A stretch of DNA of 64,000 nt, taken from NCBI GenBank assembly GCA_024137785.1, contig JAHRHZ010000055.1, positions 7,506,608 to 7,570,607 of the forward strand, in the 5' to 3' direction. Under the pieces are notes generated by a model, which ran no database searches, was not told the DNA's origin, and saw only the letters and a list, made by a program, of their open reading frames with translations. Within the stretch, counting starts at the first letter, position 1. The number at the start of each line of letters is the position of its first letter. Shown one piece after another: positions 36,955 to 49,792 of this stretch. Made by a program: the position numbers and the translations under genes. Source of the stretch: Ginglymostoma cirratum. Taxonomy: Eukaryota.

Positions 36955-37225
36955 ATCGTGGCAGAGAGTACAAAAGCAGGGAGATTTCACTGAATTTACA
37001 TAGGACAATAGTTCACCATCAGCTACAGTGTTGTGAACAACTCTCGGCACCTGACACGGAATGTGAGGGTTTTAGCAATGACAATGGTATTGAATCTTGA
37101 GGTGATATGGTTGCATTCTCACTTGTTAGAGATAGTTATTACCTGGCACTTGTGCGGTGCAAGTGTTACTTTCTATTCATCAGCCTGAGCCTAGACATCA
37201 TCCAGGCCATGCTGCATTTGGACAT
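36955..37225. mobile_element. two adjacent LINE relics (CR1 on +, CR1-group on -)
   Basis: GAGTACAAAAGCAGGGAG is CR1-like; CCTGGCACTTGTGCGGTGCAAGTGTTACTT resembles 61090-61130. Confidence 0.5.
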
Positions 37226-37679
37226 GTAGTCATCTTCTCTCATGATGGGTGCAATGTCTGGCAATTCTGACATAATGCACTTTTATAATTCAGCTGTCCA
37301 AAAAGTACAAAGCTCACATATAGCTTGGAACCATCTGATGTCCCTTGTTTATTTTTGTTAGTTCTACCAGTGCTGAAAGATTTCACTGGGAACAGTACCT
37401 TGTAAGATTGTTAAATTCCAGTTATGTTGTGTATGCAGAGGTCCTTTACATTATCAGTGGGAGAGACATTTGCAATTGCTCTAACATCTCTTTTATGCTA
37501 GACACCTCTTTTAACATAAAAAATACTGTTAGATGAAGCTTGCTGTGATTAGTGGGCTAGTAAGAAATGAGGCTTGCTTTGTAAATGGTCAGGATGTTGC
37601 TTGAGGCTCAATGTAGAGCTACTTAGACTCAAAAGACTAAGGAAATAACAAATGAATTGACAGGACATGTCGTTTCTGT

Positions 37680-38655
37680 CTTGACTGTAGTAGACTCAAA
37701 TAAAATCCCAGAAACAATTATGAATCAGGAGGTGAAAAGGAGCATCTAAAAACAATTGCGAGCCACATGGAAAGGATACTGAACAATTATTGGAGCCAAA
37801 AGCTGAAATGTCCCAGCTCCTGACAGACTTCGTCCTTGTGATTGATGGTTGAGACAATAGATATAATGGTTTTAATTTTTCAAAATTACCTCGATTCTAG
37901 AAAGGTCCTATCAGATTGGAATAAAAGTAAATGTAGTTCTGCTATTCATGAACGAACAAACAGCAAACAGGGAAGCACAGACTAGTTAGTCCAACATCTG
38001 TTGGAAAATGCAGGAATCCTTTACTGAAGTGGTTATATCGGAATAGTTTCAAAACCTCAATTCAATCAGGCAGAGTCAACATGACTCGTGAAAGAGAAAC
38101 CATGTTTGACTATTTATTAGGGTCCTTTGAGGATGTTGTAAGCAACATGGATGAAGGGAGCCTGTACATAATGTGTACTTAAATTACCAGAAGCCATTTG
38201 GCAGGGTGGCACATTCGAGTATACTACGCAACATGACAGCTCGAGGGACAGGCAATAATGTGTTAACAGGGCTAGAGGATTGGTTACCCAACAGGGAAGA
38301 GAGAATAGTAGATCAAGACAAGGTTTACACTGAAAAGATGATTCCCCTTGTGGGAGATACTAGAACCAAGTGACATTGTTTGCAAATGAGGGTCTTCCAT
38401 TGAAGATATGGGGATATATTTTTCTCAGACGGTCATGAGTTTGTGGAACACTTCCCTAAAGATTGGTGGAACAAGAGGTCATTTTTTTTAAAGGCAGACT
38501 TAGATAGATCCTTGACTGACAAAGGAGTCAAAGGATTTAAGGGACAGCCAGGAAAGTAGAATTGAGACAACAGTCAGATTGGCCATGATCTTATCAAATG
38601 GTGGAACAAACATGGAGGGCTGAATGGCCTACTGTTCTCCCGATCTGTGTATGCA
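37680..38655 (+). mobile_element. old CR1 RT fragment with 3' UTR
   Basis: Decayed KxPGPD, YRxVS and YLNYQKPFGRVAH motifs; 3' UTR GGCCATGATCTT...GGGCTGAATGGCCTACT. Confidence 0.85.
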
Positions 38656-38892
38656 TTTGTAAGACTTCGGAACTTAAAGTGCACAGACCGGACAAAGCAG
38701 ATGTTTACTTCTGATTCTAGTAACTTGTTTCTCCTGGATGATTCACTGATGCCACAGACTAAAGCCTGAGGAGCACCACTTTGCATAAAACCTGGCTGAC
38801 CATGAGTCTCTTCCAGAAAATAAAGCTACCTCTCCATTCAAATACAGGTTTCCCACCTTCTACATTGTACATATTTAAACCAAAGAAAAACT

Positions 38893-38985
38893 TCAACCTG
38901 TTTAGAGATGTGATTACGTACCTCTGGAGCAGGTGGAACTTGAATCCAGACCTTGCTGGCTCCGAGGTTATAACTGCACCACTTG
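38893..38985 (-). mobile_element. short tRNA-derived SINE-like element
   Basis: CCTCTGGAGCAGGTGGAACTTGAATCC is antisense to 46455-46548. Confidence 0.65.
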
Positions 38986-39252
38986 TCTCTTCAGATTCAA
39001 TCGTTGCCACACTGGGGTTCAAACTCATGACCCCACAACATTAGCCTAGGGCTCTGGGTTCCAAGATCAATGAGTTTTACTATTGCACTACATTATAGAT
39101 GTAGAATACACTCCCTTTCTCCTTCAGTGATTCAATTAGTTTTTTTTTCAATCTGTAGTTAGACCACAGATAATGTAGTTCCAGGTTTATACCCTGTTCT
39201 GTTTAGCTTAGCTGTTCGCCAGTAAGCGGTTGATCAGCTTACAAGATGGAGA

Positions 39253-39291
39253 GAACAGGACCAGGGAGGGAACAGGACCAGGGAGGGAACA
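39253..39291. repeat. 17-bp tandem duplication
   Basis: GAACAGGACCAGGGAGG x2 plus GAACA. Confidence 0.9.
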
Positions 39292-40185
39292 TTACAGTTC
39301 AGTTCCTGGTTGTGATTCAGCATCATTGTTACAGGAAATGTGTATTTGGACATTGAGCGAGGATTGACTAAGTTCAACCATGATGCTTGAATCGTGGCGT
39401 GTTGGAGTTAACGTTTGTCAGATTAGCTTCCAGAATCATATTCTAGCACACTCAATTTTCTGGTAGCATATCTTTTTTTATGCACTTGGTGAAATGTTAT
39501 ATATACCCTTAGGCGAATGAAGTAACATTTTATTTATTTGCCAGTCTTCTCAATTCCAGTCCTTTCTTCACCACGGTCTGAAGATCCTTTTAGTGCCCTA
39601 CTTCTCATTTTCATCAGTTATGTGCTACACATAGTCAAAAGTGATATTCTTCTGTTTACTAATGCTATCACTTTTTCCCGGTGGTAATCTTTTTAAGAAG
39701 CAAACTATAACTGAATTATTGTAGACTGATATAGACAGAACTGTCTTGTAGATGGACTGATGTGCAATCTGTCCTGCTGAAAAGTACAAGCCCAACATTT
39801 TGTCAAAAGAAATTTATTGCAATATTATTCACCTATCTTTACTTTGTTGTTATTATCTCATCACAGGTCTGTCACTTGAGAAACATGAGCCAGGAATTGG
39901 GGGGATCTCTCAAGACGTTTTTTCCAATTCTATAATGGGATCAGTCATGCCTACCCAAGCAACAGAGAACTTCCTTGACTCCGTACATAGAGACAGGATT
40001 TAGTGAATATGAGGTTCATTTATCTGCAATATGCAAAGCCACTGTGGTATGTTGTGAGATCACAGTGATCTCAACAGTCATGTGATAAAGGCTCTGCTGG
40101 AAGGTTGGAACAAGAACAGCCCAGAGCAGGGAGCTTGGCTGCCATGTCATCATGTATATGTTGTTAATAAGTATTGTTTAAAGAA

Positions 40186-40368
40186 ATGTGGCACAATTAC
40201 AATGTTTGAAAGACATTTGGATAAGTACATGAATAGGAAGGTTTGGAGGGATATGAGCCAGGAGCAGGCAGTTGGGACTAGTTTAGTTTAGGATTATGTT
40301 TGACATCAACTCATTGGACCAAAGGGTCTGTTTATGTGCTGTATGACTTTAGGACTATGACTATGACT
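40186..40368 (+). mobile_element. CR1/HER1 3' end
   Basis: FERHLDKYMNRK followed by 3' UTR and (GACTAT)n tail. Confidence 0.9.
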
Positions 40369-43149
40369 AAATCTTAAGGTCTGGCCAAATCTTAGGATCC
40401 TAAGATCCTAAAATAATATGCTGACAGGGCTGAAATATGTATGTCTCTAGAGCACAGATAGAACCCATGACTTCTGGCTGGGTTTGCAGCGCATTAACAT
40501 TTGGGCTCGATCTGAATTGGGAATAACACTGGGTTCATTTTCCCAGCTAGAAATAACCCAAGAGAAAATCAAACAGAAAAGTCAATATTGCATTCCCTAT
40601 CTGGAATAGCTGGGTATGTTTTTGTTGCCTTGTGTCATCGCATGGGGAAACATTCTAAAAGTTTGAAAAAGTTTGAAGTTACAACTTCTGTTCAGTCATG
40701 TGTAAATGTTTCCTAGCTGATATGACCTGCCCCGAAGCTTCATCAGTTACACATATTCTGTGAAGCAAGTGCAATTTTACAGTATCCAGTTTGTATAACT
40801 AGACCAGGGAATGGAGGATTGCATATTGCTGTATCCTCAGGCTACATCACGGAACTAGATATTGAGCAGTGCAGGTTAACTCAGAATGCAAGGGCCACTT
40901 ACAGAATAACTTGTACAATTGAACCTGTAAGAATAATTTGCAATTGCCCTGAATTTATAAGACTCATACGAACATTACCATCACTGGAAAGCTGCATGCA
41001 CTGCTGACTCCTTTTGTGCCACGTTAAGGGAGACTGACGGCTAATATATTAGACACGGTGCGCACTGACACTAGTAAATGTCATACTTATTTGTTGTAAC
41101 AAACTTATTGTTATGAAACCTATTTGGTGATAACTGCGAGCAATGCCGTGAGAAAATGCCAGTGCCACAAAAGGACAGATTGCCTGTTATTTCATTTTTT
41201 CAACTAAAGTAGATCAGTTACCCAGCTGTCTTCATCTACATGTTTACATACACTTTAGTAACTCAACTAGAAATAACATTGACCTCATTTGAAAATGAGA
41301 TGCTGCGATGTAAACGTGTTCCGGGCTGAGATATTGCAAGAAGAGAAAGTGCATTCCTTAATATTTAAAGGGCATCGCTACTACTCTGGGGAGTTATCAG
41401 GAGGTTAAGTTCCCAGAGCAGCTAGAAATAGATTGCTCTGCAGACCTAATACTAAGCCTGAGGGCCACGTTCATGCTCCAGCAGATGTTCCCTTCCCAGC
41501 AAGAACTGCTAGTTTGTGTTGTTTGAAAATAAGAAGTTTAGGTTTGCAATACTTTACAAATTGCATGCCAACATATTACCGGCTACTAATGTGTATTTTG
41601 TAAATATAATCAAATGTTTTGCCTTTACTTCTCCTGTGGTCCGTTCAGCACCTCTGAGCAAGCAATTACAAACATGGCTGCGGTGTGTATGACTGCGCAG
41701 AAAGTAGAATAACTTGATATTTCAGTGGTAAATAATTTTGAAAATTATTCAAATATTTTTGCCTTGACTCTTATAAGTAGGTGTGCCCATGATTATTTGT
41801 GATGGGCAGTTCTCAACCCAAATATCTGATTTTTTTTGATGCACTTCGTTACAGGGAAAGAATCATTTATCAGGTTTGGTGAGAATCTCACAAAATATGT
41901 GAAGGTGATAGGTGATTGAAGTTCTATTGTAACACAAAGGCAGTTCCCAGCATGTTCATTCTCACGGTTTGATGGGAAAGGAATTATTGAGGCAATAACT
42001 CTAAGTCATTGTCTCATGCATGAATATGAATCACTGACAACTCCCAACTCATTTACAAAAAACACTTAATGAGATAAAATCACTGATTGGGCTCGGAGAA
42101 ATCTTCCAAGACATATTTATGTTTTTGAAGTGACAGGTTAATGGCCATTAGAAGTACCACCTACACCTTACAAAGTACAGCTGCCTACAAAATAACAGAA
42201 TAATCAGTTTTTTCTCAGCTCGGTTCAGGCATGTGACACTTGATACAAGGCTCATACTGCCTTGAATACACAATCTGAGTGACTCGCCATTTGGAAAGCA
42301 TTGGTGAGCTACATGTAGGATGATTTGTCTCCTAAATGTGGTAAAAGCACATTTTCCAGTTCCACAAGTCCCTTTTCACTAGCTCAGGGAGTTGTGAGAA
42401 AAAGAAAATCACATTTAAAACAAAATGGAAGTTTCCCTTGACCAATATTCCACACTCCAAAGCAAGTGAACTGATCCATCACTTTACTGCCATGCTGTGT
42501 CTAACCAGATGCAGTTTTAGCCTGAATAACAACAGGGATTACATTTTAAAAGAGTGCATTGGCAGTGTGACACTTTGAGATACCTCTGACCAGTGTTAGA
42601 TAAATACATGCCTCTCTTTGGCACAAACATATGGGTCAATCCAACTTACACAACAAAGTCTACACAAATGATATATGCAGATATATCAGGAAAATGATAG
42701 CAGTGATATTTATGATGCGGATCGAGAAGCATTAATTTTGTAATTCTGCACCATCTTAGAGGGTAGCTTTGAATAGAGGGAATTCACCATCAGTGTCAAT
42801 GGCACATCCCTCTCAGTGAAACTTGTGAAATTTGTGTCAGATTTCCAGCAGCCTGCATCTCCATAGCTGAGTTTCATTCAGGAGGGTATATAGGTCTAAA
42901 TATGTATAATTCTGCATTCTACTTCCATGGAGGCCATGGCTGTCACCATTCTTAAATGCATGGTGAAAAGGTTAATGAAAAATTAAGAAATTATTTGAGA
43001 GTCAAGTAAACAGGCAAGCATTGTTCCTTCCATACAGGATAATCCTCATGTTCAGTGCTGCAATATTTAACCAGAATTGCCTTGTTACAGAACACACTCC
43101 AATTTCAACTGATGGCACCTATTATATCTGGGACTTCATTATTCCAACA

Positions 43150-43544
43150 AAGATGCAAATGAGCTCACTTCTCCAGCCATTGACTCCATCGATACTTCTT
43201 GCTACCTCAGGAAGGAGGCCACCATAATCAAAGACCCCTCCCACTCCGGTTATAACCTCTTCCGTTGGGCAGAAGATACAAAAACTTAAACACAGGTTCC
43301 AACAGATTCAAGAACAGCTTCTTCCCTGCTGTAATTAGACTTCTCAAATTTTAAATTTAATGTTGATCTCGCTGTCTGTGTACCTTCTCTGCAGCCGTAA
43401 CACTGTGTTCCTCTCTTTGTTCTATTATCCTAATGCACTTTGCGTGGCATGATCTGCCTATACTGAATGCAAGACAAAACTTTTCATTGTACCTATGTGT
43501 ATGGGACAATAATAAATCATAGTAAATCAAATTAAATCAAATCA
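43150..43544 (+). mobile_element. Rex1/Babar-type LINE 3' end
   Basis: C-terminal IIKDPSHSG...NRFKNSFFPAVIRLL; tail ACAATAATAAATC..(AAATC)n. Confidence 0.8.
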
Positions 43545-43849
43545 GGAAACCAACATGCAAAATCTTCTGCTGACCACCAGTGGTTGCAAGTCTTTTCCAC
43601 TGACATGAAGTCACCAAAGTCCAACCAGGCCATAGGGCTGCTATCTCATTTGGGAGAGGTGTTTGCTCATGAATGTAACCCACATTGTTGGCATCGCTCT
43701 ATATTGCAAACCAAATGTCCAGCCAAACAACCCCTCCACTGACATAATAGTTGTATAACCCACAACTAGAAACGCCCTCCCAAAATGTTTATTCCCCACT
43801 GACTTGGATTTGTTAGGCCAAAAGAAACCAGAGAACAAAAGAAAGCTGT

Positions 43850-44130
43850 ACAATGCCAATGAATGTTAAGATTCCAGCTTCCAAAGAGATGCTAAAGCGA
43901 GCCCCTTTCTGCCTGTTAGAGTGGATGCAAGTGATCCCAATTTCAAGGATGAGCTGGGAAGTTATCCCCAGGGTCCTTGTCCATATTTATCTCTCAATAA
44001 ACATCACATGCTCTCAAAAAGCAGCAGATTATCTACTCATTGTCATGTTGCCGTTTGTGGGAGTTTGTTGAGTGTGAATTGGCTGCCACATTTCCAACAA
44101 TGCAACAACGGCCACACTTTGAGGTACAGT
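43850..44130 (+). mobile_element. Deu-domain SINE
   Basis: GAGATGCTAAAGCGAGCCCC...GTGGATGCAAGTGATCCCA...ATATTTATCTCTCAA. Confidence 0.7.
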
Positions 44131-44615
44131 AGCATTGGTGCTATCTGGAACTGTACCAACCGCAGTACTCCATTAACAGGAATTTTTTCGGACTTGGAAT
44201 ACTGCATCACCTTTCTTTAAAAATTCATTTATCAAAGACTGTTCCAGTTCAGTCTGGCTTGCAAGGACAGAAGTAGACCAGAATTATAAAATTAAGCTTT
44301 TTGCAAAACTGACTTCGATGACATTATTGGGTCAACTGAACAGTGAAATCACTAATTTCCATTCCTGCAGCTGATGAGAGGAGGTGGCAGGCTTAATAGC
44401 AGCACTCTCAGGAATTCCCGTGAGCCAGCATTTTTGACAAACTGCTACGACACATTCCCGGGCCGTGCCAGATAGACTGAATTTTCCTGCATTTCATTGG
44501 TCGGAAAATATTATGAGACACCCAACGGTCACGAAAAGTACTTTATAAATACAAGTCTTGCTTCCATGTATAAAACAGGATTTGAAAAATAGTCTTGTCA
44601 AAATAAGAGATGTCA

Positions 44616-44837
44616 GTAACAAAAACATAAATTGCTGCAGAAACTGAGCAGCATCTGTGGAGACAATGCAGAGTTAATGTTTCAAGTTCAGTGACCCTTT
44701 TTCAGAACACTTCAGTTCACTGGACTCAAATTGTTAATTCTGCTCTCTCTCCACAGATGGCAGCCAGACCTGTTGAGGTTTTCAAGCAATTTCTATTCTT
44801 GTTTCATATTTCCAGCAACGTAATTCTTTGTTTTATT
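44616..44837 (+). mobile_element. fold-back PLE derivative (family 2)
   Basis: Inverted arm 44616-44710; direct arm and tail to 44837; 12-bp TSD TAAGAGATGTCA at 44604-44615 and 44838-44849. Confidence 0.85.
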
Positions 44838-45444
44838 TAAGAGATGTCAATGCTAGGGCAATGAACACCTCATGCAGTTGCAGATCGATGAACAGATCAA
44901 CAATAGTTTCAATTAATAACTTAACAATGAGTTGTGTTCCCCAACAACAAGGATTTTTTCCAAACCTCAGAACAATCATTCCATGGTTTTTCTGAACAAG
45001 GTCTATAATTTTCTGTTGTTAGGGCCAATGCTTTGATGTGGACCATACGTGGTCCATGGTGTTATCAGACTCTCCAAAGTCAGTTCAGGATCTTTGCTAG
45101 AAACAGGTAGCAAGCTAGCACCCTGTCATTCTGGAATCCATGAGCAGGAGTTTCCCTGAGCAATTCTGAATCCCACATATGCGTCAGGAGCCCGGGCTAT
45201 GTGGAAAGTCCTCAGAGTGACCAATTAATGGTCAGAGGCAGGGTTTCCATTTAAAGATGGTGGACAGGAGCTCAGAGCTGAGGATCCATCAGAGGTATTC
45301 CTGCTTGAAAGGAACAATAACCTGAAATGGAAGTAAAGTAAGAAAGAATGTGCTTCAGGCTCTATCTTTTTAAAATTTAAAATAAATTGTAGAGTGGGAG
45401 GCCCTTCACAAGGAAGCTTCGGTTACTGTCACATGATCTAAGGA

Positions 45445-46276
45445 AAGCTATGCTGCCATTGGAGACAGTCCAGAGAAAGTCCGCTAGGTTGACCCTGGGT
45501 ATGGAGGGACAGTCTTATGAGGAGAGATTGAATAGACCGGGTCTGTACTCACTGGACTTTAGAAGAATGAGAGATGACTTTGTTGATACATACAAGATTC
45601 TTAGGGAACTTAACAAGGTAGATGCAGAAAGGAAGAGGCTAGAACCAGAGGGCGTCATCTCAGAGTAAAGAGTCAAAGACAGAGATGGGAAGGAATTTCT
45701 TCTCTCAGAGGGTAGTGAACGTGTGGAATTCTTTACCACCAATGGCTGTCGAGTTTGACTCATTAAATATATTCAAAGCTGAAATAGACAGATTTTTAAT
45801 CAGTAAGGGAATCAAGGGTATTGGGGTGGGGGAAAGGCAGGAATGTGGAGTTGAGGATATCAGATTGGTCATGATCTCATTGAATATTATAGAACACATC
45901 ATAGAACGCCTACAATGTGGAAACAGGCCCTTCAGCCCAACAAGACCACAATGAATCTCAAAGCATCCCACCCAGACCCATCCCCCTATAACTCACCTCA
46001 TCTACACCTCCCTGAACACAGTTTAACACAGCCAATCCACCTAACCTGCACATCTTTGGACTGTGGGAGGAAACCGGAGCACCCGGAGGAAACCCACGCA
46101 GACACAGGGAGAATGTGCAAACTCCACACAGACAGTCGCCCAAGGCTAGAATCCAACCCGGGTCGCTGGTGCTGTGAGGCAGCAGTGCTAACCACTGTGC
46201 CACTGTGCTGCCCCCTAGAATGGCAGACCAGACTTGATGGGCTGAATGGCCTACTTCACCTACTTCTTATGTTCTT
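45445..46276 (+). mobile_element. CR1 3' fragment split by a SINE
   Basis: LETVQRK..YEERLNRPGLYSL, RNFFSQRVVNVWNSLP; 3' UTR resumes near 46216. Confidence 0.9.
45887..46214 (-). mobile_element. HE1/V-SINE nested in a CR1 3' UTR
   Basis: Well-preserved antisense V-domain GGAAACCGGAGCACCCGGAGGAAACCCACGCAGACAC and tRNA head. Confidence 0.92.
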
Positions 46277-46454
46277 AAGGAAAGGGCTGTGGCCTGTCAG
46301 GAGAATTAGCTGCCTTTGTCTGTTGCCAGGGGATCTCCTCCAAGCAGTTGGATTGACCCCCATCACTTGAGGGAATCTGGAGGCTGACTGGAAAATCCCA
46401 ATTGACCTCCTGTAATTGGCCTCAAGTGACCTTGATTGACTACCCCCTGCATGG

Positions 46455-46548
46455 GGTCACTACCTCTGAAGTAGGAGACCTGAGTTCAAGACCCACCTCC
46501 TCCAGAGGTGTGTAATAACATCCCTGAACAAGTTGGTTAGAAAATATC
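46455..46548 (+). mobile_element. short tRNA-derived SINE-like element
   Basis: CTACCTCTGA...GAGTTCAAGACCCACC...TAATAACATCCCTGAACAAGTTGGTTAGAAAATATC. Confidence 0.7.
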
Positions 46549-47114
46549 TATCCAGTGTAGGGCCAGGACTCTCTGCAGTACACACCTAACCCCATCTCAC
46601 TTTGCCCATGGAAATGGCCTAGAAGTGCAACTGCGCCAGGGGGACCTGAATGCAGACTGGCAACACTATTCTTAGAGCCCACCGGCTTCCCATCCCGGCA
46701 ACCGGGGTCTTCAAAGCAAAGTCCCATGTACCATGTGAAAGGCTGATGTCCACTCAATGCATCACTGAGCCTCTGAGAACTGGCCAATGGCAATTCTGGC
46801 ATCTCAGTTATCCAGCATTATTCAATAAAGCAGAAATTACTGCTGGCGCTCTTAGTGTGTTCATGCAGGAAGAAACACTTGTAATTATATATTATATATT
46901 TTGTTAGAAAACACTTTACAGCCAGCAAGTTATTATGGCACAATAGAGAAAGCTGAAGAAAGAGAAACAGTCTGGAATGTTTCAGTTTAAGATAAGAACC
47001 TTGGTAGAACATTGTGAAACTCTATAGGGCAGACTGGAGGTACAATTGGTGATACACAAGTACAGGTTTGTGCATCAGCATATCTCCTAACACTCACATT
47101 TTTGAGTAAGTAAT

Positions 47115-47232
47115 GGGTTCTTGTGGTGCAGAGGTAGTGTCCCTACCTCTGAGCCAGGAAGCCTATATTTACGTCCAACCTGCTCCTGAGGTGTATAATA
47201 GTATCTCTGAACAGATTGATTAGAAAAATATC
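47115..47232 (+). mobile_element. short tRNA-derived SINE-like element (full length)
   Basis: A-box-like TGGTGCAGAGG; tail CTCTGAACAGATTGATTAGAAAAATATC. Confidence 0.7.
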
Positions 47233-47244
47233 CATGTTAGAAAT

Positions 47245-47620
47245 TAGTTCAAGTCTCATCCCAGGTCTGGAGCATGAAGATTAAGATTGATGCTCTCAGG
47301 CAATACTGAGGAAGTGCTGCACTGTTGAAAGCACAGTCTTTTGAAAACGATATTAAACTGTCCTCTTGAAGGATCCTGTGACATTGGCTTTGAAAAGTTG
47401 GGGCTTTTTCCTAGTGCCCTGGCCCATATTCATCCTCAGTCAACATCACAGAAACAGCTTATCTAATGATTCTCATACTGCTGTTTGGGGGGGCTTGCTG
47501 TGCCGAAATTGGCTGTCATAGTTCCAAACTGTCAAGAATGATTACACTCAATAAAAGTATGTCAATGGCTGTAAGGTACTTAAAGTGCTCAATGGCTTTG
47601 AAAATCTTTCTTTCTGTCTT
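47245..47620 (+). mobile_element. Deu-domain SINE
   Basis: TACTGAGGAAGTGCTGCACTGTTGAAAG...CTGGCCCATATTCATCCTCAGTCAACATCAC. Confidence 0.7.
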
Positions 47621-48547
47621 GGAATTGAGAATTAGACAGGCAGTAGCATCCTTATGGAAAATGAGAATTAACATGTCAAGCATTCATCTGCTACAATTGT
47701 GAAAAATCATCTCCAGTCATATAAATGCAAGTTATACGGTACTGGATGAATGATGTTCCCTTGCTATGTTTTTCCTGAAAGGCCACTTGTTTTGGAGTCG
47801 GAGTTGCTATTTGATTCGCAATGCCAGCTCAATGTCGTACGTTCTACGGGCTAGAGGACAAAATCACTTCAACGAAAATGGGCAAATACTCTCAGTCCAG
47901 AGGAATAAGTACAATGGTTGCAAAGATAAATAAATTTGACTTCAATTTCTGTTCTCTTAATAGAAATACCATTCATCAACTAATCACTTAAGTGGAATTC
48001 AGTCTCCTTTGGAAATTGAAATCAGCATTCTGAGGTGAAAAAAAATTACTTAGTGAATGTATGTTGCATTTCTGTATTAAAGGCTAATTAAAGGCAGTAT
48101 TGAACTGTTCTTCACAGCCTGCATAATTACTCCCTTAAATGTGTAATCAACAACACTATTGCCTTTTCTTTGTCGTTGGGAGCTGTTGACCTTTTTAAAT
48201 TGGACGAGATTTGAAATTTGTGGTAGTAATGCTGATTGCAGACATTAGTTAGTGTATTCCATTGTTTGAATTTTTATTAAGATGCAACCCACACAGTGTG
48301 AATTAAAAGCTGCTTTATTTTGTCCTGTCACATACACTAATGCAGTATCTCAGCCCATTCTATTTATAGCTATGTATTTATATAAAACCCAATGCTGAAA
48401 AGTCATTACTGCTTTGAACCACAGCTACTTTGAAACTTTTATTCCCAAGCTTTGTTTTTGGATACCGCCCCATAGAAATTGGATTTCATTTATTACATTC
48501 AGTTTTGTCCATGCAGTCAGTCACAGAAAGCCACTTCCTAAAGATTA

Positions 48548-48870
48548 AATGGTTAATACTGCTGCCTCACAGCACCAGGGACCTAGGTTCAATACCACTT
48601 TGAGGCAACTGTCTGTGTGGAGTTTGCACATTCTCCCTGTGTCTGCGTGGGTTTCTCCCACAGTCCAAAGATGTGCAGGCTAGGTGGATTGGCCATGCTA
48701 AATTTCCCATAGTGTTCAGGGATGTGCAGGCTGGGTGAATTAGCCATTAGAAAAGCGGGGTTACAGGGATAGGGTTGGGAGCTTAAGCCTGGGTAGGATG
48801 CTGTTTGGAGGATCGGTGTGGACATGATGGGCCAAATATCCTGCTTCCATGCTGTAGGGATTCTATTTCT
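48548..48870 (+). mobile_element. HE1/V-SINE
   Basis: GCTGCCTCACAGCACCAGGGACC, V-domain, tail CTGTAGGGATTCTAT. Confidence 0.9.
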
Positions 48871-49029
48871 GATGAAAAGACAACTTGCAAACCAAAATGA
48901 ACATATATCCAATGTAATATTTATGACTGTTTAGACTGACCAATTTAATTCTGAACAAGGAAAGAATATCATAGAATTATAAAATATTTGCAGCACAGAA
49001 AGACATCATTTATACAGGGTCCAGGATTT

Positions 49030-49330
49030 ACAAGAACATAGCACTTAGGAGCAGGAATATGCTACTTGGCCCTTTGAACCTGCTCTGCATCCAGTAAGAT
49101 CATGGCTTCTGGTCTGAACTCCATTATATGTTCTATACTTATAACCCGTGACTCCCTTGTCTACAAACATCTATCCAACTCAGTTTCGATAAATTCAACG
49201 ATCATTGAATTCAATACTCCATTGCTGTCTGAAGTAGGGAACTCTGAAGTCTGACAACCATCTGAGTGAGCAAAATTCTCCTCATCACTGTCTTAATAGT
49301 AAAACATCTTAATCTGAAACTAAGTCCCTA
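49030..49330 (-). mobile_element. decayed CR1 3' end
   Basis: AAGAACATAG...TAGGAGCAGGA...GGCCCTTTGAACCTGCTC...AAGATCATGGCT. Confidence 0.75.
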
Positions 49331-49626
49331 ATGGAGTAATTCATATCCTCAGGAGTTCCCAACGAGGGAGGAGAAGAAGCAAATTACTCTCAAAAGGAAG
49401 GTAGAGAAGGAGACAAGAGTTCTAGAGGTGCTGTGTGAGCTGGCTGAAAATGCCTAAAACCTGGAAAGCTGTGTGGATAGTTCGGAGATATTGCTGGGAT
49501 TTATTTTTACAAGGTGTCCCACTGTGAGATAGGCTGTTGTTGGATGGTCAGTTGAAAATTGAGCCTGTAAAGAACTGTCATGGCCTGAAGGAGAGTGGGT
49601 TTGTAGAAGTGTGCCCTGTTGATGGT

Positions 49627-49792
49627 GTCAGAAGTCACACGACACCAACAGGAAGCCTCCCTCCACTTCACCTGATGAAGGAGCAGCACTTTGAAAGCTT
49701 GTGATATCAAATAAACCTATTGGACTAAAAGCTGGTGTCGCGTGACCTCTGACTTTGTCCAACCCACTCCAACACTGGCACCTCTACATCGT
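49627..49792 (+). mobile_element. PLE family-3 insertion with a short inverted 5' arm
   Basis: 21-bp imperfect inverted arms 49627-49647 and 49733-49753; tail as at 20254-20290; decayed TSD TGTTGATGGT/TGCTGATGAT. Confidence 0.8.
49668..49704 (+). ncRNA. minimal hammerhead motif (family 3)
   Basis: tcac-CTGATGA-a-GGAG cagca CTTT-GAAA-GCTT-gtga: 4-bp stem I, palindrome AAGCTT; stem II has decayed to two G-U pairs. Confidence 0.7.
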
